From positions 934 through 64,933 of the forward strand of contig JAWOBO010000062.1 of NCBI GenBank assembly GCA_046484225.1: 64,000 nucleotides of DNA. The letters run 5' to 3'. Shown piece by piece: positions 1 to 9,959 of the stretch. The stretch comes from Candidatus Omnitrophota bacterium (GTDB lineage Bacteria; Omnitrophota; Gorgyraeia; Duberdicusellales; 4484-171). The notes beneath the pieces were generated by a model that made no database searches, was not told where the DNA came from, and was given only the letters and a program-made list of their open reading frames with translations. Both the position numbers and the translations under genes were made by a program. Position 1 is the stretch's first letter. Every line of letters starts with the position of its first letter.

Positions 1-1511
1 GCTACAACTAAAGCTTCGGTGTTTTCAAAATCAGCAAACTCTCTTTTAATATGGGCCTCAACAGGTTTTGGTGTACGCCGTGAACTACTAATTAAAATCT
101 TATAATTCTTTTCTTTAGAAAAGTTTTTTAATTGTTTAATAAAATATTTTACGTTTCTGGAAAATTCATTCTGATCAAAAACTGGCCCGCCAATAAAAAC
201 AGAAACTTTTTTATCCGATGCCAATGAAAAGAATCTTCGGCACTTATCTTTCTTTTTATCTAAATCTACCGGATAAGTTAAGGCCCCTTTAATTTTTATG
301 AGATTATCCGCAAAAATCCGGTCATGCTCGGGAATAATCGCAAGATCAAATTTGGAAGGTGCAAGATTAGTCCGCAAAATTACTGCAATTTTTGCCCCTA
401 AAGACGAAGAAAATATCTTTGCTACAGGAGCTGTGAAATTCCCAGTACTTATAACAATATCAGAAAAATTATTAGCAAGCTTCTGGTAGCTATCTTTATC
501 TAAAATCATCCTTAACAGCCTAATTAATGAAGGAGAAAAACCAGATGAAAAATTAGCAATAAAATTTGCAGCTATGCGCATAAAATTATTTCTGTATCTT
601 ACCTCGACTATTTTGCTGCGTATTTTATGTTTACTTTTTTGCTCTAAAACTGAAAGCAAGGCTTGAGATTGTTTTAGATGCCCTAACTTGCCATCACTAA
701 TAATAGTTACATCTCTATTTTGTTTATATTTAAAGCGTTTATGCTGCCACAAATACTCACGAGGATATTTTTCTAGTTGTTTTTGATAAAGCTGATTAAA
801 AAATGAAAGCAGCTCTCCCTCATCTTTATTGCTTGGGTCTATTGACCCTAAAAATTCAACTTTGTGGCAAAAACCTTCTATTCTCCGATTAAAACAAGGA
901 TATATCTGTTTTTTAAATTTTTTCGCTAAAAAAACGGCTCCTTTAGGAGTCGGTATAGTTTGATCAAAAAAATTGGTCATCTCTGCTCCGGCTTCGGCGC
1001 CGTGGTCAACAACCAAACCAATATAATAGTCTTGTTTGATATATTTTATCAACGAACGCAAATTAAAAGAAACTCCCAATCCTTGGCTTTTTCTAACTTC
1101 ATTGAGAAATTTATTTAGTTTTTTATTTTTCTGTTGTTTAGCTAAAATAGCAAACTTATATTTTTGAGCAAAAGAGAAATTAGCTAGTTCCCAACTACCG
1201 GCATGAATTCCAATACATATACCCGGGCCTTTAAAATAATGCTGGCCTTTTAGCTGGACATAAGGATAAACCCTGGGAGCAATTAAAGTTTCGATAAGGC
1301 TTAAGGAGAAATTATAACAACTTCCTTTAAGAATAGAAATGATCTCTGAGTAAGGCTTATCAGGAAAAGCCATTTTTAAATTCTGGTAAGCTGTTTTTCT
1401 TTTCCTAGTATTTATAAGAAAAACCAAACTAAAAAGTTTAGCATAAAACTTAAGCAAGAAAAAAGGTGTTTTGTGAAAAAGTTTTTGAATGAATTTAGCT
1501 AAAAAATACAT
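1..1511 (-). CDS. Lipid A late acyltransferase (LpxL-like) fused to ELM1/GtrOC1-family domain; 3' end outside window
   Basis: Not in ORF track; translated by hand from ATG at 1511 (MYFLAKFIQK...), open to window edge. N-half has HAGSWE (HxGxWE), LVVDH and YPREYLWQHKRFK. C-half has ISDGKLGHLKQS, FDLAIIPEHD, VFIGG and SSRRTP. Confidence 0.8.
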   Translation of the reverse strand, partial: MYFLAKFIQKLFHKTPFFLLKFYAKLFSLVFLINTRKRKTAYQNLKMAFPDKPYSEIISILKGSCYNFSLSLIETLIAPRVYPYVQLKGQHYFKGPGICIGIHAGSWELANFSFAQKYKFAILAKQQKNKKLNKFLNEVRKSQGLGVSFNLRSLIKYIKQDYYIGLVVDHGAEAGAEMTNFFDQTIPTPKGAVFLAKKFKKQIYPCFNRRIEGFCHKVEFLGSIDPSNKDEGELLSFFNQLYQKQLEKYPREYLWQHKRFKYKQNRDVTIISDGKLGHLKQSQALLSVLEQKSKHKIRSKIVEVRYRNNFMRIAANFIANFSSGFSPSLIRLLRMILDKDSYQKLANNFSDIVISTGNFTAPVAKIFSSSLGAKIAVILRTNLAPSKFDLAIIPEHDRIFADNLIKIKGALTYPVDLDKKKDKCRRFFSLASDKKVSVFIGGPVFDQNEFSRNVKYFIKQLKNFSKEKNYKILISSSRRTPKPVEAHIKREFADFENTEALVV

Positions 1512-1512
1512 A

Positions 1513-2535
1513 TTAATTTAGTTTATTATTAATTTTTTTGGTTATATCCTCTATCAATTTTTCTTTTGCCTCTATCTCTAATTTAACATCAAGAATAAAA
1601 ATATCTATCTTTTTTTGGCCTTTAGGTAAATGGTATTTGTCTTTTCCGGTTATCACTAGCGTATCTATTCCCAATTTCTTTAATTCTTTCTCTAAGCTAG
1701 CATATTCTTGGCCAGATAAACTATAATGATCCGGATACCTAACTTCTCTTTCTAAAGTAGCTCCGGTTTTTTTCAATAGATCAAAAAAACCTTGTGGATA
1801 ACCAATTGCAGCAAAGGCAGCTATTTTTTTATTTTTCAAAAAGTTTAAATCATATGCTTTTCCTTCTAAGTTCTCTAGCCTATTGATTTGATAATTAGCA
1901 AAATAAACTTTTATCAAGGGCGCTGCTTTATAAGCTACTCTTTTAATTCTATCCCGGTTAGCTTCTTCTTTATAATTTACAACTAAAATATCAGCCCGTT
2001 TTATGTTTTTTAAAGGTTCTCTAAAAAAAGACGCCGGAATAAGGTCAACTTTTCTGTTAAATTCCCTCTGTCCCATTATAACAATTTCTAAATCTTTTTT
2101 AAGCTTCCTATATTGAAAACAGTCATCAACTATGAAGAGATCATAATCTTTTTCTAAACTCTTAACTAAACCTAGACGATCTGGGGAAGAAAAAACTGAA
2201 TCACACTCTTTTTTGATTAGTTTTTTTTCGTCTTCACCATAGCCTCTTCTTAAAATTCCTGTTTTAAATTTTATATTTAACCGTTTGTACAACCATAAAC
2301 AAAATGGAGTCTTTCCCGTTCCGGCCCAAGATATATTACCTACGCCAATCAAAAAAGATGAATCGGGGTTGTATGAGTTAATTATTCCTTTATTATAAAT
2401 AAAATTACGAATTCCAATAAAAGCTCTATAGGCCAAAGAAAGACAATAAAGAAAAATATATAATATTTTTCCAAAAAAAGAGTGCTTGTCCTCCTCAACA
2501 AACCTAATATAGCTCATCTTAATTTTATTTTTCAT
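1513..2535 (-). CDS. lpxK: Tetraacyldisaccharide 4'-kinase
   Basis: VGNISWAGTGKTP, RGYG, DDCFQ, FAAIGYP, YPDH and TGKD motifs; follows waaA. Confidence 0.92.
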   Translation of the reverse strand: MKNKIKMSYIRFVEEDKHSFFGKILYIFLYCLSLAYRAFIGIRNFIYNKGIINSYNPDSSFLIGVGNISWAGTGKTPFCLWLYKRLNIKFKTGILRRGYGEDEKKLIKKECDSVFSSPDRLGLVKSLEKDYDLFIVDDCFQYRKLKKDLEIVIMGQREFNRKVDLIPASFFREPLKNIKRADILVVNYKEEANRDRIKRVAYKAAPLIKVYFANYQINRLENLEGKAYDLNFLKNKKIAAFAAIGYPQGFFDLLKKTGATLEREVRYPDHYSLSGQEYASLEKELKKLGIDTLVITGKDKYHLPKGQKKIDIFILDVKLEIEAKEKLIEDITKKINNKLN

Positions 2536-3826
2536 AAATATCTTTAATTTCTTCTAATATCATTTTAAAGTTTTGCCCTAAACTATCTTCTTTTTTAAAA
2601 ACATCAGTAGCAGCATCGGCATAATCTATGCGTTTATTTTTATTTTTTAACAAAATTATTAGTTCTTCCTTTAACTGCTGAGAAGATTCCACTTGAATCC
2701 CAGCTGAAGATTCAAGAACTTTTAGAGCAATGTCAGAAAAATTTTCCATGCTTGGCCCAAAAATAACTGGTTTTAAGAAATATATTGGTTCTAAGATATT
2801 ATGTCCGCCGGAACCAGAAAGAGTTCCTCCTACAAAACAAATATCACAGATACTATAGAAATAAAGGAGCTGGCCTACACTATCTAAAATAAATACATCA
2901 TTTTTTTTATAAGATGTTTGGCTAATTTTGCTTATCCGTACCGGCCTAAAACCTTCAGCTAAAATATTTTTTTCAATTGAAGCTACTCTTCCAGGATGAC
3001 GCGGAGCAATTAAAAGAGATAGATTGTGCTTTAGGTATAACTCCTTATAAATAGTTAAAACAATCTTTTCTTCTGGGCTATGAGTGCTTGCTGCCAAAAA
3101 AAGATCTTTAGTACCCGGTTTTAAGACAGTGCTATATTCTTTTTTGGCTTCTTCAACAAGTTTTTTTTCTGGATGAATACTATTAAACTTTAAATTACCG
3201 GTAACTGGAACTTTACCAGGCTTTGCACCTAAATCAATAAACCTTTTCTGATACTTTTTATTTTGAACTCCAATACGGCTACACCCAGATAAAATCTTTT
3301 TCATAAATGGTTTAATTGATTGATAACGCCGAAAAGCTCGATCAGAGATTCTTCCATTGATGATTAGAAAAGGTATATTTTTTTTTCGAAGGCGTAAAAT
3401 AAAATTTGGCCAAAGCTCAGTTTCAGCTGCGATAACTACTATCGGATCAATTTTTTTTAAAAATCTTTTTATAATAAAAGAAATATCTAAAGGAAAATAA
3501 ATTATTTTTGCGGATCCTTGATACTTTTTGACAGCTACACGGTTTCCGGTTAAAGTTGTTGTAGAAATAATAATCGGATAGTTTAAGCTTACCATTAATT
3601 TATTAACTATCGGTTCGATTAAATTAATTTCCCCTACACTCACCGCATGAATCCAGATAGACCTCTTAAAAGTCGGTAGAAAAAAACCCAGCTTTTTAAA
3701 TAATGAAGAAATTATAATCTTTTTCCTCAAACAATAAAAAGGTAAATACAATAAAAACCCAATGCTAAATGTAATATCATAAAACAAAAATAGTAGTTCT
3801 CGAATTAAATTTCTCATATCTATCAA
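2525..3826 (-). CDS. waaA: Kdo transferase
   Basis: WIHAVSVGE, ETELWPN, APRHP and GGHNILEP motifs; start may be ATG at 3817. Confidence 0.95.
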   Translation of the reverse strand: MIDMRNLIRELLFLFYDITFSIGFLLYLPFYCLRKKIIISSLFKKLGFFLPTFKRSIWIHAVSVGEINLIEPIVNKLMVSLNYPIIISTTTLTGNRVAVKKYQGSAKIIYFPLDISFIIKRFLKKIDPIVVIAAETELWPNFILRLRKKNIPFLIINGRISDRAFRRYQSIKPFMKKILSGCSRIGVQNKKYQKRFIDLGAKPGKVPVTGNLKFNSIHPEKKLVEEAKKEYSTVLKPGTKDLFLAASTHSPEEKIVLTIYKELYLKHNLSLLIAPRHPGRVASIEKNILAEGFRPVRISKISQTSYKKNDVFILDSVGQLLYFYSICDICFVGGTLSGSGGHNILEPIYFLKPVIFGPSMENFSDIALKVLESSAGIQVESSQQLKEELIILLKNKNKRIDYADAATDVFKKEDSLGQNFKMILEEIKDIYEK

Positions 3827-3838
3827 AACATTATTAAA

Positions 3839-4720
3839 TTACCGAGCTCGCGGATGAGTTCTTTGATACATTTTCTTTAACGAATCTAGACTAATGTGAG
3901 TATAAATTTGAGTAGTTGAAATACTAGAGTGGCCAAGCAACTCTTGTACGCTCCGTAGATCAGCCCCATGGTTTAGAAGATGAGTTGCAAAAGAATGACG
4001 AAATACGTGGGGAGAAACATCTAAAGAAAGAGCGGCATTCTTAATATATTTTGAAATTATCAACCTTACCCCTCGATCACCCAATGGTTTATTATTTTTA
4101 TTTAAAAAAAGTACACGTTGGTCATCTCTACGGCCTGATAAATACAATCTAATACTTTCAATCGCCGGCTCGCCCAAAGGAAGCAACCGCTCCTTTTTTC
4201 CTTTGCCGGTAACCTTAACTACCCCGCCGATTAAATCAAGATTATCTAATTTTATCGAAACCAATTCAGAGACTCGAGCTCCCGTAGAATAAAGAAGTTC
4301 TAAAATAGCTTTATCACGCACTCCTAACAATTTATTTGTATCCGGTAATTCTAAAATTTTTCTAACCTGGTCTTCGGTAAGAAACTTCGGCAACGGCTTG
4401 TCTAGACGGGGATAAATTAAAGAAGCGGCAGGATTATTTTTTAAAATCCTTTCTCTTAAAAGAAATTTAAAAAAACTTTTTAAAGTTGATATTTTACGAG
4501 AAATAGTACGTTTATTTAGTTTTTTCTTATTTAATAAACTTAAAAACTTTCGTAAAATAAAATAATCAATTTCTTTTATGTCAACTTCATCGTTGCTTTT
4601 TATAAATTTTTCAAATTCTTTCAAATCTCGCTTGTAGTTTTTGCAAGTATGGATTGAATAGTTCTTCTCCATCTCAATATAATTTAAAAATTTATCAATA
4701 TAATAAGAATAAGGTACCAT
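3839..4720 (-). CDS. xerC: Tyrosine recombinase XerC/XerD family
   Basis: LYSTGARVSE, HVFRHSFATH, LLGHSSISTTQIYT; dprA-topA-xerC housekeeping context. Confidence 0.88.
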   Translation of the reverse strand: MVPYSYYIDKFLNYIEMEKNYSIHTCKNYKRDLKEFEKFIKSNDEVDIKEIDYFILRKFLSLLNKKKLNKRTISRKISTLKSFFKFLLRERILKNNPAASLIYPRLDKPLPKFLTEDQVRKILELPDTNKLLGVRDKAILELLYSTGARVSELVSIKLDNLDLIGGVVKVTGKGKKERLLPLGEPAIESIRLYLSGRRDDQRVLFLNKNNKPLGDRGVRLIISKYIKNAALSLDVSPHVFRHSFATHLLNHGADLRSVQELLGHSSISTTQIYTHISLDSLKKMYQRTHPRAR

Positions 4721-4736
4721 AACTACTTAAACCACC

Positions 4737-4819
4737 GCTCCGATAGACGACCGCTCCGCTAAGACGATAGACGAAGGACGTTTTCGTCCTTTCGTCCGTC
4801 ATCCATCGTCTGTCGGAAC
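4737..4819. repeat. Intergenic palindromic element family A, copy 1
   Basis: TCCGA...(GACGA)n...(TCGTC)n...TCGGAAC imperfect hairpin; homologous to 8216, 43060, 46002 and 48097. Confidence 0.88.
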
Positions 4820-4825
4820 CTTTTT

Positions 4826-6808
4826 TTACTTGCTTTCTGAACCATCCTTCTCTTCATCTTGGTTAGGACTTTCTTTGAGTTGATCGAGATTTCTGATTGT
4901 ATACCGGCACTCTGGAAAATTAGTGCATCCATAAAAAATTTGTCCACGCCGGTTACGCCGCTGTAAAATCTCGCCTTTATTACAATCGGGACATTTAATT
5001 CCGGTAGTTATACTTTCAGCGTAGCGGCAACTAGGAAAGTTTTCACAACTTAAAAACTTACCTTTTCTTGACCATTTAACAACTAACCTGCCTCCGCAGC
5101 GAGGACAATTTTTATCAGAATAAACCACTTCTTTTTTTATTGTTTTCGATACTTTTTCAACCTGCTTTTGAAAATCAGGATAAAAATTTTTAAGTATTTG
5201 ACTCCAAACTACTTTGCCTTCTTCTACTTTATCAAGTTTTGTTTCCATGCTAGCCGTAAATCCATAATCCATAATTTTTTTGAAATGTTTTATTAAAAAA
5301 TCAGCAACCTTAATTCCTAAATCAGTTGGACACAAATAACTTTTCTCTCTCCTTGCATAGTTTCTTCTTAATAAAGTAAAGATGGTAGGAGCATAAGTAG
5401 ACGGCCTTCCAATGCCCTTTTCTTCTAATATTTTTATCAAAGAAGCATCATTATACCTGGCTGGAGGCTTAGTGGAATGCTTTTTTACCTCAAGAGCCTT
5501 TAGCCTAAGTTTATCCCCTTTGGTAAAACCAGGCAAATGTGACTTTTGATCCTGAGGGTAAAGTTTTAGAAACCCAGGAAAAACCAACTTTTTATCTTCT
5601 GCTAAAAATAATGCTTGTTCAGTTTTGATCTTTATCTTTATATTTTCAAAAACAGCTTCAGCCATAAATGAAGCAGTAAATCTGCGCCAGATTAATTGAT
5701 AAAGCCTGAACTGATCTTTAGTAAGATATTGGCCAATTTCATCTGGCCTCCTCCTAACATCAGTCGGCCTTATTGCTTCATGAGCTAGTTGAGCTCCTTT
5801 TTTCTTTTTTCGCTTATAAACTTTTTTTGACAGATAATTTTTGCCAAATTCAGTTTTGATAAATTCAGCAACCACATCTTTAGCCTTTTGGCTTACTGCA
5901 AATGAATCTGTACGCATATAGGTTATAAGGCCAATATTTTCACCTTCTAAGGTTATACCTTCATACAATTGTTGAGCAACCACCATCGTTTTTTGTGCAG
6001 AAAAACGTAATTTGTTAAATGCTTCTTGCTGTAAAGAAGATGTAATATGGGGAGCCCGGGGTTTGCGTTTATTTTTTTTCTTCAATATATCATCAATAAA
6101 AAAATCTTGATTAACCAATTGATTCTTGCATTCATCAGCCTCTTGCTTAGCTTTAAATATACCTTTTCGATCTTGATATTTTTTGAGTTTGGCCTCAAAT
6201 TCAGCTTCTTTATAACTGAAATTTGCTTCTAGGCTATAAGTGATTTCAGGAACAAATTTTTCTATCTCTCTTTCTTTTTCAACTATAAAACGCAGAGCGA
6301 CTGATTGGACTCGGCCGGCCGAAAGGCCTCGAACAATCTTTTTCCACAAAAGAGGTGAAAGTCGATAGCCTACCACCCTATCTAGAACCCTTCTTGCCAT
6401 TTGAGCTTGAACTTTTTTTAAATCAAGCTGACCAGGATCAGCCAAAGCTTCCTTGATCGCATCCTTGGTAATCTCATGGAAGATTATCCGATAAAACTTT
6501 TTATCTTTCTTGTTTAATTTTTCCTTTATGTGCCAACTAATAGCTTCTCCTTCTCGATCAGGATCAGTGGCCAAATAAATTGCTTCTTTATCTTTAGCTT
6601 TTTTCTTAAGTTCAGAAATAATTTTTTTCTTCCCAGAAAGAACGGTATAAAGAGGTTGAAAATCTCCCTTTACATCTACAGCCAATTTGCTGGAAGGAAG
6701 ATCTACTACATGCCCTTTCGAAGACGAGATTTCATAATCTTTGCCCAAAAAAGAGGAAAGCGTCCTAGCTTTAGTTGGAGATTCTACAATAATCAAATAT
6801 TTACTCAT
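4826..6808 (-). CDS. topA: DNA topoisomerase I
   Basis: IVESPTKA, ATDPDREGE, SAGRVQS, ITYMRTDS, two C-terminal Zn ribbons. Confidence 0.97.
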   Translation of the reverse strand: MSKYLIIVESPTKARTLSSFLGKDYEISSSKGHVVDLPSSKLAVDVKGDFQPLYTVLSGKKKIISELKKKAKDKEAIYLATDPDREGEAISWHIKEKLNKKDKKFYRIIFHEITKDAIKEALADPGQLDLKKVQAQMARRVLDRVVGYRLSPLLWKKIVRGLSAGRVQSVALRFIVEKEREIEKFVPEITYSLEANFSYKEAEFEAKLKKYQDRKGIFKAKQEADECKNQLVNQDFFIDDILKKKNKRKPRAPHITSSLQQEAFNKLRFSAQKTMVVAQQLYEGITLEGENIGLITYMRTDSFAVSQKAKDVVAEFIKTEFGKNYLSKKVYKRKKKKGAQLAHEAIRPTDVRRRPDEIGQYLTKDQFRLYQLIWRRFTASFMAEAVFENIKIKIKTEQALFLAEDKKLVFPGFLKLYPQDQKSHLPGFTKGDKLRLKALEVKKHSTKPPARYNDASLIKILEEKGIGRPSTYAPTIFTLLRRNYARREKSYLCPTDLGIKVADFLIKHFKKIMDYGFTASMETKLDKVEEGKVVWSQILKNFYPDFQKQVEKVSKTIKKEVVYSDKNCPRCGGRLVVKWSRKGKFLSCENFPSCRYAESITTGIKCPDCNKGEILQRRNRRGQIFYGCTNFPECRYTIRNLDQLKESPNQDEEKDGSESK

Positions 6809-6810
6809 AA

Positions 6811-6850
6811 AATTGGTTAATTGGTTAAATAGTTAATTGGTTAATTGGAT
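6811..6850. repeat. Octamer tandem repeat (AATTGGTT)x5, overlapping dprA 3' end
   Basis: AATTGGTT AATTGGTT AAATAGTT AATTGGTT AATTGGAT; same unit at 23641. Confidence 0.75.
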
Positions 6851-7709
6851 AATTTAATTCTTCTAGTATATCTTCAATCGAATCTACTAATTTAGCGCCT
6901 TCTTTAATTAGAGAGTTTGGCCCCTTGCTTTGAAATTTGTCAATATTACCCGGCACAGCAAACACTTCACGATTTTGTCCCAGAGCAAAATTCGCTGTAA
7001 TTAAAGCACCACTGCGCTGAGCTGCTTCAACTACAACTACCCCCTTAGATAAACCACTGATAATTCTATTGCGCCGCGGAAAATTACAAGCCAAAGGTGC
7101 AGTTTTTATGGGATATTCAGAAATTAACAAACCTTCTTTTGAGATTAATTCTGCTAACTTTTTATTTTGACGCGGATAAAGATAGTTTAGGCCGCTTCCT
7201 AACACTGCTACTGTCGACCCCCTGGCTGCAATAACACCTCTATGGGCCGATGTGTCTATCCCCAAAGCTAAACCAGAAACTATATTTATGTCTAATGAGC
7301 TAAGCTTATAAGAAAAATTAAAAGCTGTCGATTTTCCGTAATTAGTAGGAGTTCGCGTTCCCACAATAGCAATCGACTCTTTGTCTAAAAGTTTAATATC
7401 TCCCCTAGCATATAAAACCAAAGGTGGTGAACTTATCTGCTTTAGATAGTTCGGATAATCTGGCTCAAAAAAATCTATGACTTTTATTTTATTTTTTTCT
7501 ATCAGTCTTAATTCATCATCTAAAACAGTTGATTTTTTAAAAGACAAAATTTTCTCAATGTCCTTTTTTCTTAAAAAAGGAAAAGTTCTTAAATCAGAAC
7601 CATTTAGCTTTAAGATCTCATCTAAATCAGATAAATGTTCAACTATTTTTTTAACTTTGGTAGGTCCTATTCCGGCGAGATTCAATAATATAGAGCCTTT
7701 CTTAGCCAT
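6825..7709 (-). CDS. dprA: DNA-processing protein DprA/Smf
   Basis: AIVGTR, VSGLALGID, FPRRNRIISG, SGALITA, REVFAVPG. Confidence 0.95.
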   Translation of the reverse strand: MAKKGSILLNLAGIGPTKVKKIVEHLSDLDEILKLNGSDLRTFPFLRKKDIEKILSFKKSTVLDDELRLIEKNKIKVIDFFEPDYPNYLKQISSPPLVLYARGDIKLLDKESIAIVGTRTPTNYGKSTAFNFSYKLSSLDINIVSGLALGIDTSAHRGVIAARGSTVAVLGSGLNYLYPRQNKKLAELISKEGLLISEYPIKTAPLACNFPRRNRIISGLSKGVVVVEAAQRSGALITANFALGQNREVFAVPGNIDKFQSKGPNSLIKEGAKLVDSIEDILEELNYPINQLTI

Positions 7710-8208
7710 TTTCTAACAATTTTAAAATATGATCAGCAACATCTTGAACACAGAGATTATCTGTGTCTATTTTTGTACCTGCCTTTTGGTAAAAAGGCTT
7801 TCTAGCCTCAAGTAATGCTTTTATTTTCCCTAAAGGATCAGCCACATTTAAAAGGGGCCTCTGGTCAGAACCTTTAGTTCGTTTAAAAATCGAATCAGCC
7901 GAAGCATAAAGAGAAAATACATAGCCTGTGTTTTGTAAAATATATAAATTTTCTTGATTGCACACAACCCCTCCGCCACAGCTAACCACCAAATCCGACT
8001 GAGAAGACAATCTTTCTAACAATTTATTTTCTAATCTCCGAAAATAATCTTGCCCGTTTTGAGCAAAAATATCCTTAATTTCTTTTTTTTCTCCTTGCTC
8101 AATCAATTGATCCATTTCAACAAATTTTTTCTTCAACCTATTTGCCAAAACTTTACCAACAGCGGTTTTCCCTGTCCCCATAAAACCCACTAAATAGATA
8201 TTTTTCAT
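7702..8208 (-). CDS. aroK: Shikimate kinase
   Basis: MKNIYLVGFMGTGKT, FRRLE, SCGGG, RPLL; start set to ATG 8208 because the longer ORF reads into a repeat element. Confidence 0.93.
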   Translation of the reverse strand: MKNIYLVGFMGTGKTAVGKVLANRLKKKFVEMDQLIEQGEKKEIKDIFAQNGQDYFRRLENKLLERLSSQSDLVVSCGGGVVCNQENLYILQNTGYVFSLYASADSIFKRTKGSDQRPLLNVADPLGKIKALLEARKPFYQKAGTKIDTDNLCVQDVADHILKLLENG

Positions 8209-8215
8209 AGTTTCC

Positions 8216-8296
8216 TTCCGATAGACCAAAGACAACCGCTCTGCTAAGACGACAGACATTTCGTCCTTTCATCCATCGTCCCTCGTCTTTCGGAAC
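8216..8296. repeat. Intergenic palindromic element family A, copy 2
   Basis: TTCCGATAGAC...GCTAAGACGACAGAC...TTCGTCCTTTCATCCATCGTC...TCGGAAC. Confidence 0.88.
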
Positions 8297-8309
8297 TATC
8301 TTTATCCTC

Positions 8310-9473
8310 TTACTTGGCGTATTTTTTAATTAAGTTAAGAGCAATAATATCTTTTTGTATTTGATTTGTTCCTTCGTAAATTTGAGTAATTTTAGCATCG
8401 CGCATAAACTTCTCTACCGGATACTCTTTCATATAACCATAACCACCATAGATCTGAACTGCATCAGTTGTAACTTCCATCGCAACATCGGAAGCAAAAA
8501 GTTTAGCTGCAGCTGAAGCACCCCCCACAGATTTTAGACCTCTATCAACCATTGAAGCAGTAGAATAAACAAGGCTCCTTGCAGCTTCAACCTTTGTAGC
8601 CATATCAGCCAACATCCATTGGATACCTTGGAACCCAGTTATTGGTTGACCAAATTGTACGCGTTGATGAGCATACTTGGTAGCTGCCTCCAACGCCCCT
8701 TGAGCAATTCCTACAGCCTGAGCCGCAACCCCCGGTCTTGACTGATCAAAAGTTTTCATAGTAGCAACAAAGCCAATACCTTCTCTTTGCCCTAGGAGAT
8801 TAGCCGCAGGGACTTTCGCATCGTCAAAAATCAATTCACCTGTTGACGAAGCACGAATTCCTAATTTTTCTTCCTTTTTCCCAAAGTTGAAACCCTCAGT
8901 ACCTTTTTCCACAATAAAAGCAGACATCCCGCGAGCTCCTCTTTTTTTATTTGTTGCAGCGATAACAGTATAAACATCGGCATCACCACCGTTGGTAATA
9001 AAATGTTTTGTCCCGTTTAAAATATAAGAATCACCTTCCCGTCTAGCTGTAGTTTGCACAGCTGAGGCGTCAGAACCTGCCTCAGGCTCAGTTAAAGCAA
9101 AAGCAGCTAGCTTTTCTCCGGAAGCAATACCAGGTAAATACTTTTTCTTTTGTTCTTCTGTGCCAAACAAAAGTATAGGAAACATTCCTAAAAAAGATGC
9201 AGCATAAGAAGCTGCTACTCCTCCGTCAACACGAGAAATTTCTTCAGTAGCTATACATAAATCCATAAGGCCGGTTCCCATTCCTCCGTATTCGGAAGGA
9301 ATACATAAAGAAAAAAGGTCTGATTGAGCTAAAACCTTCATAATTTGAGTTGGGAACTCTTCTTTTTCATCCATCTCACTTGAAAATGGTTTAATCTTCT
9401 CTTCTGCTATTTGACGAGTCAAATCTCTTAACATTTTTTGTTCTTCAGTCAAGTTATGATCTACAAGAAACAT
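8310..9473 (-). CDS. Acyl-CoA dehydrogenase (short-chain/butyryl-CoA type)
   Basis: FALTEPEAGSD, FITNG, RVQFG, QIYGGYGY, IYEGTNQIQ. Confidence 0.93.
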   Translation of the reverse strand: MFLVDHNLTEEQKMLRDLTRQIAEEKIKPFSSEMDEKEEFPTQIMKVLAQSDLFSLCIPSEYGGMGTGLMDLCIATEEISRVDGGVAASYAASFLGMFPILLFGTEEQKKKYLPGIASGEKLAAFALTEPEAGSDASAVQTTARREGDSYILNGTKHFITNGGDADVYTVIAATNKKRGARGMSAFIVEKGTEGFNFGKKEEKLGIRASSTGELIFDDAKVPAANLLGQREGIGFVATMKTFDQSRPGVAAQAVGIAQGALEAATKYAHQRVQFGQPITGFQGIQWMLADMATKVEAARSLVYSTASMVDRGLKSVGGASAAAKLFASDVAMEVTTDAVQIYGGYGYMKEYPVEKFMRDAKITQIYEGTNQIQKDIIALNLIKKYAK

Positions 9474-9489
9474 AGTCTCCTCCTTAATT

Positions 9490-9942
9490 TTATATTTTAA
9501 TAATTACGGCTTCTTCCTTACAGTCGGGAAAATATCTACAGTTTAGACATTCTGTCCAAATCTTATGCGGCAAATCATTTTTATCTATTAGATAAAAACC
9601 TTGTTTCTTAAAAAATTCCGAAGAAAAAGTCAAAGCAAATACCTCAGATATTTTTAGACTTTTTGCCTCTTCAAGAGTTTTTTGCACTAACTGGGTTCCA
9701 ATATTCTTTTTTCTAAAATTATCATCAACAACTAAAGACTTTATTTCAGCTAAAGATTGCCAACCAACCACATGTAAACTACAACAACCTACTATCCTTT
9801 CCCCTTCTAGATAAACCCAAAAGTCTCTGATGTTTTCATAGATATAGTTTAGAGACCTCTCTAGGACCTGACCCTGTTTAGCTGCTGAGTTTATCAACTG
9901 ATGAACTTTCTTAGCTTTATCTATTGTTATCTTTTTTATCAT
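9490..9942 (-). CDS. GNAT N-acetyltransferase, short ArgA (N-acetylglutamate synthase)-like
   Basis: YENIRDF, AEIKSL, VFALT, LPHKIWTECLNC. Confidence 0.8.
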   Translation of the reverse strand: MIKKITIDKAKKVHQLINSAAKQGQVLERSLNYIYENIRDFWVYLEGERIVGCCSLHVVGWQSLAEIKSLVVDDNFRKKNIGTQLVQKTLEEAKSLKISEVFALTFSSEFFKKQGFYLIDKNDLPHKIWTECLNCRYFPDCKEEAVIIKI

Positions 9943-9959
9943 TTTAGCAAAAAAGTTCC

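Noticed and set aside
3839-4720. Tyrosine recombinase as prophage or ICE integrase
   Set aside because: Size and dprA-topA-xerC context fit chromosomal Xer; no cargo or att sites seen.
4759-4947. 62-aa ORF, plus similar ORFs at 43033-43293 and 43072-43284
   Set aside because: Alternate frames of charged tails reading into family A repeats.
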